From Antedon mediterranea (taxonomy: Eukaryota > Animalia > Echinodermata): a stretch of 64,000 nucleotides of DNA. A program made the translations under genes and the position numbers. Shown here piece by piece: positions 44,201 to 56,200 of the stretch (positions within the stretch are counted from its first letter, which is position 1; every line of letters begins with the position of its first letter). The stretch is taken from NCBI RefSeq assembly GCF_964355755.1, contig NC_092677.1, forward strand, positions 11,864,101 to 11,928,100. Direction: 5' to 3'. The notes under the pieces are model-generated. The model did no database searches. It was not told where the DNA came from and was given only the letters and a program-made list of their open reading frames with translations.

Positions 44201-47200
44201 AATGTTGTAGTAAACTAATATTTAATCTGTATATGGTAATCTTTTGTTGAACGATCTAATCTTTTGATAGTGTAGACAGAGCTTAAAGATGACACAGTAT
44301 AACTGACTATGTTTAGTGGATTGTTAATTATACTTACTTCTAACTTCGCAGAATGTTCCAATATATCCAGTGAGACATTCACATACACCCTTCACACATT
44401 GACCGCCATTCATACATTCTGAGTTACACTGGCGCTCTAAAATTGAATAGAAAAAAAAACATTTACTGCTATTTAAAAATACAGGAATTCACAGTTTAAT
44501 AAAGGCACAAGCACAGGCAGGTTAATTATCACTCTTTGCTAATACCAGGCTTACTGCAATATTGTTTTTAAATCATATCTATGAAATTAAATTACATAAC
44601 AAAAAGAAAATATTGCAATGTTGCAACTTACCAAATTCACAGGAAGGTCCTTCAAAGCCTTGCGGACACTGACAAGCAGAATCTATACAGAGAGCGCCAT
44701 TTTGACATGGAGGATCGCAGTCAACAGCTGCAATGAAGATTATATAGAATAAAAGATTGTTTGTTTTCTTTTGTTTTTATATATTTAGGAAAATTACCAA
44801 GGATAATTGGGTGGTAATCCTGGTATCAAACTTTAGTGGTACACATTTAGGCACATGGTGAAGGAACTGAATTGAAAGCATGAGATTATAACTGACCAGT
44901 GGAAATTGTTCAAGAAAACCTTAGTGCTACTCTAGCGTACTGTACCTCTACAAGTAAATGCATCTTCAGCAATTTGAAATCCTCTTGGACAAATACAGAA
45001 AAATCCTCCATCAGTATTTAAACAACCATCTTGACACCTCTGTCCAATTGTCAAGCATTCATCTTCATCTATAAATTAATAAAAATAAATGTTTTAATCT
45101 ACAGTAACCTAATTATTTGTTTTCTAATAATATAGCCCAAAGGAAACCATGTGCCAATGGCTCAACAGCAATGTGGGAACCTCTTGACTATTGCTACCAA
45201 TTTACAGTAAATAATTTGATTTGATATATTATTTGCTTATACAATTAATTAATTAATTAAAGTAAAAGTTGGTTATTCTGAGATACTCAGGGCCGTAGCC
45301 AGGATCTGTCAAGGGGGGGTTCGCACACTAAGTATTTGGGTCACCCCCACCCCCATACCCCCCCCCCCCCGCTGGGGTGGGGCCTGAGGCGAAGCAAATT
45401 TTGTTAAATGACACCCCTAGATGGCCGGAAAAGACACTCTCATGCAGCATGCTACCAATGAGCAAAACGATCGTACTTGGACTCGTGGACTATTTAAACG
45501 ATAACATTTGTTGCCGTATGTTAGATGCGCGTGCTCTGTGCGGAACCGCCGATTGTTTGATCATTTACTCGATACTGTATTTTGTTTTGCGTTCAAGTTC
45601 AATGCGAACGTACGTCTAGGAGAAGCCCCGAAAAAAGCACACTGGGTGAAGGCAAAAGCAATTCTTATTATAGCTCTATCTATAATATTTATTTACAGCA
45701 ATTTGTTGAGGAAATTAAATATGCCAATGTAAATAGGTGATATTGATACATTTGAGTACGTATCGGCTGGTGGTCTAGAAAAAAATAATCGGATGCCATA
45801 ATGTGAACTACAGTACATGATACCATAGATATTATAGTGTAAAATATTAATATTCACTATAATCCTCTATGATACATTATACTTCATAGCCACACATAAA
45901 TACTGATGTATGTCGGAAGGCTATATACTTTATGCATGCTGCCTGACTGCCAGTGATCTAAACAATTGGTACGCAGTTGTCTGGCGGTATCCTTAGTTCG
46001 AATCCTTTGTACGAATCGTTTGTCCCCCAGCTCGCTGTGAGACGCGTCAATATCATGTTACATGCAAGGACCAAACATTTATTTTTCAGGTTAAAATCCG
46101 CAATTCATTTGCAACTCTTTACAGACTATATCGCTCGAAGTACGCTCATACAGGGAAGAAGGTACTGTATGAGTTATTCCGAACGAGTTTACGAATTTTT
46201 TAATTTACGAACAACTTTTTGTACTGTGGGGCACGTATTTGGACGATTTTCGGAGATGAGGGTGAGGTATTGGGCATGTCGGGGATGGGGGTTCGCAGTC
46301 GGTTAAGGGGGGTTCGCTGTAAAGGGGGGGTTCGCCCGAACCATAAAAACCCCCCCTGGCTACGGGCCTGATACTGTTAGACTAGATATATTCAATATAT
46401 ATATCAATCTCCTAGATGAGATGAATATACAGTTACTGTATGTATGTAAATGGAGTTTTGGAGAAATGAAAGTTTGTTGTGATATTTATTCCACTGTGTT
46501 TTGAGATGGTGTTACTGTATAAAATACATTATAATTATTCTAATTTTTTTCGCTTCTTTGACTAAATTAACATAATATTCCAACTAACCACTACTTACCT
46601 ACACAGTTTGTACCATCATCAGCAAGAAGGAAACCAGTTGGGCAGGTACATTGGTAACTGCCAAACGTGTTGTTACAAGAGAACGCACAATCTGCAGGGC
46701 ATTCATCAATATCTGTAGTATTTTATAATACAAGTAAAATGGTATATTAGAGGAAAATATACAACCTTTTTGTGAATAACTTGCAGGTTATCAAGGTGTA
46801 TAATAAATGCATATTAATATGTAGGGATGCATATACAGTATATTTGTCATGCATGTGTAGTGTTTCTTAAAGAACTTAGCAGTCAACGTGTATCCATTAT
46901 GAATACCAAGTATATTTGTTAAGTATTTGTAGTGATTTGTAGTCTATTTTCTTGTGGACCTTACCTAGACTGCAGTCTGAACCAGTAAGGCCTGGTGGGC
47001 AGATACACTGTCCTCTACTACAGGTTGCTCCGTTCTTGCATGTTGGATTACACTGAGCTAGAAACAAAAAGAAGAGTTATAATATAGTCAATTTCCTCTA
47101 TTTGGCATTCTAAGGTTCAGGTTGCGACTCCAAAGACTAGGATATCTACCTATGGTTGGAGAGATTTTGATATAGCATTAGAAAATTTTGCTATTTCCTG

Positions 47201-50200
47201 TTATGTCAATGTACTGTAAGCAGAGTGCATCGAAAGCCCTGCTTATATATTAATTAATTATCATTTTTGTTTGGCAACTACAATTGGCACAATTAAAACT
47301 AATTGATTATGAGTATATAAAAATATAATATATATGAGCTTACAGAAACAGTTAACTTTGTCGTCTGCAAGAGTTTCTCCATACGGACAGGTACATTGGA
47401 AACTTCCAAAAGTGTTAAGACATTGATGTGAACAAGGGCTAGATGTACCTGCTGTGCATTCATTGGCATCTGAAATTTTTACAAATATGAAAACTATTAA
47501 TACAAATACATAGAAATTATTCAAATGAAACTCAAATCTGTTTATAATTACAAGGTTTGGTAAAGAGTAAAATAAACATTTACCAAGCTGGCAGTAGTTT
47601 CCAGTTAGTCCTTCAGGACATGTGCAAGTTCCACCAGAACAATAGCCACCATTCCTACAATCAGGATAACATGGCCCTGTAAAATAAAATGAAATCATTA
47701 TAAGACAACATCACCAATCAACTACATATCACATAGAGTAAAGTTAAGCCTTGTGTAATAAATTACCATTCCCTAACATATAGAGTAACATAGTATTTAC
47801 ATGAACATTCTAGAATAAGATGTTTTGATTTAAGAAACCATGTATAATTAATAAGAACAATCAAGAACATTCCAGAAGTGCTATTAATAGAAACTGTAAT
47901 CATGTAATAATGAGAAGTATAAAGAATGATCTAGAAGGATAGGAGCATCTTGTATATAAAGGGATGTAAACTATTGTAAGGTTGTTGGATTAAAGGTTGG
48001 ATGTTATATTGTAAAGTCATTGTGAAGCTGTTGTTTAAAGTGCTTACTGGATTGTTAAAAGTTGAAGTTGATTGAAATTAAAGCTTTGTTTTGAGTTATT
48101 TTACAACTTTGTGGATTTTGTGTGTATACTTTTATGTCACAAGGGAGTTCCTAAAGTATTTTCAACCGCTCGGAAACATACGTGAGAGGAGTTCGTGACA
48201 TAATTTGGTGGCAGCGGTTATTTCGATCTACTGTTCGACTTAACTGTGTATTTATCTACGGTTGTGATATTTTGTGGTAGCAGTTTGATCTACTGTATTT
48301 TGCCATAGATTGGTGGCTGTTTTAGGATCAACTGTACTTTTATTGATATTTTGAGGAAGCGGTACTTACGATACTGTGATATTTTACGGAAGCCGTAGTG
48401 CTACGTTTTGTTTAATCGTAAGTACACAAACATTGTTTTAAGAACAGTACATTATTTATTTGGAACAGTAGACTTGTGAACGTCTCGGTAACTACGATTA
48501 ACTAGTAACAAGACCCTCATCCAGATTTAAAATATGGCTGATAAACAATCAACAACAAGATCCGGTAGAGAATACAGCGGCGGCGATGAAACTGATTCGG
48601 ATGTAGAATCAGTTCAATCAGTACAACCTGAACAACAGGCAGAAGAGTCTGGACCAACCAGTGGACATAACCCTACAGGGGCTGACTCATTTTCAAAAGA
48701 TTTTTTGTTGTTGATGCAGCAGCAAATGCAACAGCAAATGCAACAGCAAATGCAACAGCAAATGCAGCAACAAATGCAACAGCAGAATCTTATGATGCAG
48801 CAGATGATGGACAGACAAGAACGTTTACGTAGGGAAGATATGGAGAAACAGCAAGCATTAGTAATGGCGTTAATGGATAAGCAAAAGGACAGTGAGGAGA
48901 AACGATTAAAAGACATGATGAGATTGAAGGAAGTTCAGATTGCAAAACTTTCTGATAGTGATGATATTGAAAATTATCTCACTACGTTTGAACGAATTGC
49001 TAACACCTATGAGTGGCGAAAAGAACACTGGGTAGTAAAACTGATACCACATTTGACAGGCACAGCAAGAGCAGCCTATGCATCATTACCAGTGACAGAA
49101 AGTAACCAGTACGATATAGTGAAGAAAGCAATATTACAAAGGTATGACATAACTGAAGAGACATATAGACAAAGGTTTCGGTCAATTAAAAAGAAAAGTG
49201 AAGAAAGTTATAGAGAAATGTATGTTAGGTTGAAAGACTTATTTACTAAGTGGGCTAGGCCTGCTGATAAAAGCAAAGATGATTTAGCTGAAATTGTTAT
49301 TTTAGAGCAATTGATAGATATTATGCCCACAGGGGTACAAATTTGGGTTAAAGAACATAAACCAAATTCTGGATTAAATACTGCGGAATTAGCAGATAAT
49401 TATTTTCAAGCTAGAAAAGGTATCGATTTTGAGAAAAAGTTTCAAAATAGAAAACACGAAAATAGAAACAACCAGGAGAAAACAGTGAAAGGCACTCCTG
49501 AAGTTGACAGTAAGGGTAATAATAATCCCCCTGATAACTTTCAGAAATCACAATCTGACGCTAGACAACCTCTCGTTTGTAGACGGTGCAAAAAAGTAGG
49601 CCATATTGAACGATTTTGTCGAAGTAAGGATGGCTTTTTGTCGACAAAGACAGATACTGTTTCAAAACCATGTACACCTTACATTTGTAGAGGCCTAGTT
49701 GAAGGATGTGATTGTGAAATTTTGATAGACTCTGGATGTGATATGACACTTGTTCATTCTGATTTAGTAGCGGCTAAGAAAATTGATCGCGCGGAGCAAG
49801 CTAAAATTACATGCAGGTGCGTCCATGACCATGTCCAAGCTTATCCCACTGCATTCGTCAATATTAAGGTTAATAACAAAGACCATAATTTGTTGGTTGG
49901 CGTTTGCAGCGATTTACCAAGAGATGTAATTCTTGGTAGGGACTTTCCTAAATTTGGAGACTTATTAGGGAAGGGGAATAAGAATCATGATAGGCATAGT
50001 TTTGTTGCCACTAGAGATCATGCTAGAAAAGAAAAACTAAGAGAGGAAAACGAATTAAATTCGGAAAAAGCTTCTGGGGTTATTTCACGTCAGTTAGATG
50101 ATGTGGTTAATTTTCAAGAAGAATTTGGACATTTAGATGGCCAACTACTCAGTGACAACCCTCCCAAGGAAAAAGTTCATAAAACAAGAAGTGAAAAACG

Positions 50201-53200
50201 AAAAGTTAGGAAAGAGTTTGCAAAAACAAAGGAAGCTCAATCTAGCCAAGATAGTGAATTAGACATTTTAGATATTGGCAAAGATAAAATTAAGGATTAT
50301 CAGGTTAAGGATAGAACTTTAATTTCACTTCGAGAACGGATGTTAGTACAGAAAGATGATGACACTATAAAGATAGTCTGTAAGGATGGAATTTTATTTA
50401 GGCAAGTTTTCACTAAACACCAGACAGAACCAATAGAGCAATTAGTAGTTCCATACCCTTGCCGTAATAGTGTATTGAAAGTCTCACATGATATTCCTTT
50501 GGCAGGTCATTTAGGTAGGAAAAAGACATTAGATAGGATAAAGCAGAGATTCTTTTGGCCTGGTATTAGAAAGGATGTGACTGAATATTGCAACACTTGT
50601 GAGAGTTGTCAGAAAACTTCAAAGTATAAAACTAAATTGAAGGCCCCAATGATTCCTATGCCAATAATCAGTGAACCATTCCGCCGAATCGCTATGGACA
50701 TTGTTGGTCCACTAGCACGGAGTAAAACAGGAAATAAATATGTCTTGGTTATATGTGATTATGCAACTCGATATCCTGAGGCTATCCCACTGAGAAGTAT
50801 TGGAGCTCCAAAGATAGCGGATGAGTTGATTAAATTATTTTCCAGGGTAGGGGTACCAACAGAAATTTTAACCGATCAAGGCTCTAACTTTACCTCTAAG
50901 TTGTTGAGTCAAATTTATAAGTTATTTTCAATTAAGGGCTTGACTACTTCTCCCTACCATCCACAAACCGATGGATTAGTGGAAAGATTTAATGGCACCC
51001 TCAAGGCTATGATTAGGAAATTTGTTCAGGATGATCCCCGAGAATGGGATAAATTGCTTCCGTACCTATTATTTGCTTATAGGGAGGTACCGCAGGAGTC
51101 TACTGGGTTCTCTCCATTTGAATTATTGTATGGTTGGAAGGTACGAGGTCCACTTGATATAATGAAAGAAAAGTGGACAGGCACGGTGACAGGTCCGCAA
51201 AGTGTGGTTTCACACGTTGTTAAAATGAGAGATAGGTTAACTTCAATGAAAGATCTAGTCTAGGAAAACATTGAACTATCCCAAACAAGGCAAAAACAAA
51301 AATATGATCAGAAATTTGTTTGTAGAGAATTTAGTCCAGGTGATGAAGTCCTATTACTCTTACCATCTAGTAACGATGCATTAGAGGCAAAATGGCAAGG
51401 TCCATACAAGGTTTTAAGGAAACTAGGTCCAGTAAACTATGAGGTGGAAACTAATGATAAACGGAAAAAGTCAAAAGTCTACCACATAAATCTTTTAAAA
51501 CAATTTCATCGTAGAGCTATTGAGGTTATGCTGGCTATAAATGATGTAACTGGACAAGACGAGGGTCAAGATAAGGACATTTTGTGGTCAAATATTTCTA
51601 GTTCCAATTTAACCTTAGATTCTGGTGAAGGATTAGATGAATCTCAGCTTTCTGATTTAGCGGAGGTGTTTTCTGAATTTGACTCAGTGTTACAGGATAA
51701 GCCAGGGAAAACTACTGTAATAAAGCATGATATTGAAATGAACTTAGGGGTACACCCAGTTAGATTAAGAGCTTATCCAATTCCTCAGGCTAAGTTAAGC
51801 AAAGTAAAGAAAGAGATAGAATCTATGTTGGAACTTGGGGTAATAGAAGAGTCTCACAGTCCCTGGTCCTCCCCTTATATCATGGTACCAAAGCCGGACG
51901 GTACAGCTCGCTTTTGCGTAAATTACAAAAAAGTGAATAGCTTGAGCAAGTTTGATGCATATCCAATGCCTCGAATAGATGAAATAATAGGCAGGGTTGG
52001 TCCTGCTAAATTTATAACAAAGTTAGATTTATGTAAAGGTTACTGGCAGGTTCCATTAACTGAACGGTCAAAACCATATACAGCTTTTTCAACACCAATG
52101 GGTTTGTACCAATTTAGGTATTTACCATTTGGCTTGCATGGGGCTCCTGCAACGTTTCAAAGAATGATGGATCAACTGTTGCGCAAGAAAGAATCTTATG
52201 CAGCAGCTTATATGGATGATCTGGTAATATTTAGTCCAGACTGGGAAAGTCATATCCATCATCTTAGGGACATTTTTCAGACCCTCAAGCAAGCTAATCT
52301 GACAGTCAAACCTGCAAAATGTAGTTTCGCACATAGTAAAGTGCATTATTTAGGGTATGTAGTTGGAGAGGGAATGATACGTCCTCAAAAGACTAAGGTA
52401 GAAGCGGTAGTACAATGGGAAAACCCTAAAACTAAGAAGGATGTTAAATCTTTTCTTGGCCTGACAGGATACTACCGAAAGTTTATTCCTAATTATGCTG
52501 ACATTGCAGCACCTCTAACTGATCTGACGGGGAAAAAACATCCAGATAAAATCAAATGGACGCCTGAGTGCGAAGATGCACTTGTAAAGTTAAAACAGGC
52601 GTTATGTTCAGACCCTGTGTTACGAAACCCAGATTTTGATGCAGAGTTTATATTGCAAACAGATGCGTCAGATCGAGGGTTAGGTGCAGTACTTAGTCAA
52701 CTAGGTCCTGATGGTACTGACCATCCAGTATTGTATCTTAGTCGTAAGATGTTCCCAAGGAAACAGAATTATGCAACTATAGAGAAAGAGTGTTTAGCTA
52801 TAAAATGGGCTGTCGAAAGTCTGCGATATTATCTACTAGGAAGAAAATTTAAGATAGTTACTGACCATCAACCACTCAAATGGTTGGTTGAAATGAAAGA
52901 GACAAACAAAAGACTAACTAGATGGAGTCTTGATTTACAACCTTATTGCTTTACTGTTGTACATAGAAGTGGTATTTCTAATGGTAATGCTGACGGATTA
53001 TCACAAAAACCATTAACTTAAAGCACGGGTTACTTTACAAATAGACAAAATAGGTTTTAATGTTTATAAGTTACTTGTTTCTTATATTTTGTTTGCAATG
53101 AGAATTTGGTTTTCACGTAATGTAGTTTTAATTTATATACACATATTTAAACAGGGTTTCTAGGACGAAAATGTTATATTTTGCCACGTCCGTGTACACT

Positions 53201-56200
53201 TGCCCCTCAAAACTCCAAGAAAGAGTTTTGAGCTCAGAAAGAGGGGAGAGTGTAATAAATTACCATTCCCTAACATATAGAGTAACATAGTATTTACATG
53301 AACATTCTAGAATAAGATGTTTTGATTTAAGAAACCATGTATAATTAATAAGAACAATCAAGAACATTCCAGAAGTGCTATTAATAGAAACTGCAATCAT
53401 GTAATAATGAGAAGCATAAAGAATGATCTAGAAGGATAGGAGCATCTTGTATATAAAGGGATGTAAACTATTGTAAGGTTGTTGGATTAGAGGTTGGATG
53501 TTATATTGTAAAGTCATTGTGAAGCTGTTGTTTAAAGTGCTTACTGGATTGTTAAAAGTTGAAGTTGATTGAAATTAAAGCTTTGTTTTGAGTTATTTTA
53601 CAACTTTGTGGATTTTGTGTGTATACTTTTATGTCACAAGGGAGTTCCTAAAGTATTTTCAACCGCTCGGAAACATACGTGAGAGGAGTTCGTGACACTT
53701 GCCTATACTTCCAAACTTTATGTGACAACAAAATGTGATGTGCCCATATTTGGGCATACCACTACCATATTTGAACCCATTAAACTAGTTTGATAGTGTA
53801 GACAGACCTTTACACTTTCAGTATTATTAGAACTTACTAGAACAAGTCTTCTTGTCTTCATTTAGAGTTGCTCCTTGTGGACACAGACAAACATGACTAC
53901 CAAAACGATTATGGCACTGGAATTCACAACCACCATTGTCCACCCAACACTCGTTTACATCTGCAAACAAAATTAAACAGCATTAATTAAAATTAGTTGC
54001 TCTTATTTATCATGCAAACGTTTCGAGATTTTGTTTTTAATATTTATTTAATTCTCTGAATACTACTGGACTTACATACAGTGAACAATTCTAAATCATT
54101 CTAAACTAAAACAAAAATGTATTGTTTAAAGGCTTGTATTAGTCAGTTACCTTGTTGACAGGTTGGTCCCGTCCATTCAAATAAACAATCACATCTGCCA
54201 TTTACACATGTACCTCCATTCATACAAGGTGGAACACAACCAATTTCTAAGAAGGTTACAAGGAAAAATTTTAATAAAGGAATAATAAGTTGATTATTTT
54301 CTTCATTCTATTGTTTCAAGATGACTTGTTTTAGCTATCAATATATTTGAGTGATTACCATAGCATTTTTGTTTGTATTATAAAAAAATAAATTTTGTTT
54401 TTTATGTGAATATGCGGAAATCTGACAATAACCACCCATTATGGACTGTACCATTGTTAGAATGTGGAGTGTAATGTTAGGTGTTGGCTTGCTCTATCTT
54501 TACAATAGAATGAGGTTACATTTGTTACTTCCTATTACAGTATACGCCTTTGAATTCTTTGCAAATTAAATTCAGTATAATTAAAATAAAACTGCAAATA
54601 AATATGCCCTACCTTTACAAGTTCTTCCATCCGAATTCAATGTGTATCCCTGTCGACATTGACACCGGAAACTACCAAAGGTATTGGTGCAGACGTGCTC
54701 ACAGTAGTTTGGGTTGCGGACGCACTCATCAACATCTAATGAACAAATGTTACCAGTAAGACCATCTGGACACCGACATGACCCAGAGACACAACTTCCA
54801 CCATTGGAACACGGAGGGCTACACTGGCTTGATCCTGTAAAGAGCAAGTTTAATTACAGTAATTAAAACTTTCACTTTCTTTGATTAGAACAAAATTATG
54901 TACCCTACAAATTTAAATGACAACAAAGAAATATAGGATCACAGGATAACATATGAGTTTAGAATAAATTGCAGAATTTCCTAATTGAAGGTTTGGAATG
55001 CAATCTATGGCTAGACTAGAATTGCAAAGCTTCTTTGGCTACAGGAACAATAGGTAATTCAAACAATACAGTACCATGCCTATATTCATTAACAGATTAG
55101 CTCCTCCTATCTAGATAAACAATCTACTTTGATTGACTGTTTTGATTTATTGTTATTCTTTGTGCTTTACTGTATCTATTTTTTCTTACTGATAACAGAT
55201 AATGTTAATCTATACAATAACAAAAGAGGAAAATTATCTAAACATTTTTTCATATAATAAATGTGAAATTTCAGAGTTGAGTCATAAATGTATATTCAAT
55301 ACAATACATTTTTGAACAAATTTAAAATCAAATTATATTCTGTTTATTCAGCTTGGTAATTTAACTTTATTTCTATTATTAATACTGTTTCTTCAGAAAC
55401 ACACAACTTTTCTCATACATTAATCATACGAGTATATGATATAACACAGTAGTAATAGATCGAATGATCGGACATTGCTCAGAAGCTCCTAACATGAATC
55501 ATTACCCACAACACACTGGATCAATATTCCATGGGGCATTGCGTAAAATATACACTACTTATATTTTAATCACATAAGTAAGAATTTGAATGAGTTAAAA
55601 TTACAGATAAAGGCAGAAATGGTATATATAATAATAATAAAATAAAAAACCTGTTAAACTACTTTGCCGATTACTGATCATATGGTCTAACCTACACTTC
55701 TTAAACTATGATCAGTAATCGGCAAACTTTTTAAAGTCCTTGATGCAACTAGGATATGAACACCCTACAGAGTTCTTATTAAACTGATGGATAACCTTAG
55801 CTTAGGGAATCACATCAATCTCAGTTGTATATTTATAATTCACTTTGATATGTGACAACAACCTGCATTCTGTAAATGCAGTGCTTGATAGTATATGAAC
55901 AAATTCAGAGACCGCTCAAGTTGATACATAAAAAAGATCCTTTCGAAGACACATGTACATTTTTTTTTGACATGAATAGTCTAAAGATGACACACATACA
56001 TAACATACTGTCTGAGTTTTCATTTTCAGAGAAAACATGCTGTGAATGTCTTCTGGGGAGTAACTAAGACATTTTAAGTTATTAAGAACGTACTATATGT
56101 AGGATTTCTTCCAAAAATAAAGGTTTTTAAATTTGATGTTAACTTTAATCTGTTCATGTAACAAACGTAAGTTAATTAAAACCTAATATAAACTACTGTA

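Larger units (their letters stand above)
47754..53697 (+). mobile_element. Full-length Ty3/gypsy LTR retrotransposon of the Gmr1 type (PR-IN-RT-RH order), intronic and antisense to the host gene
   Basis: Two 447-bp TG...CA direct repeats, 4-bp TSD CTTG (47750-47753 and 53698-53701), PBS, PPT and a gag-pol frame with gypsy-type RT motifs. Confidence 0.96.

Noticed and set aside
13806-44727. EGF exon runs (13806-15857 and 41380-44727) as Dscam-style mutually exclusive clusters
   Set aside because: Introns are long enough for normal splicing, no docking or selector sequences were seen, and tandem EGFs are normally constitutive. Only the general skipping hypothesis is kept.
45377-46306. ORFs inside the hAT-like element as a transposase
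   Set aside because: Short, with no DDE, BED-finger or hAT dimerisation motifs; the element is non-autonomous.
48614-48916. Cys-rich minus-strand ORF (CCCICCCI...) resembling a metallothionein or keratin-associated protein
   Set aside because: It is the reverse complement of the (MQQQ)n repeat in Gag.
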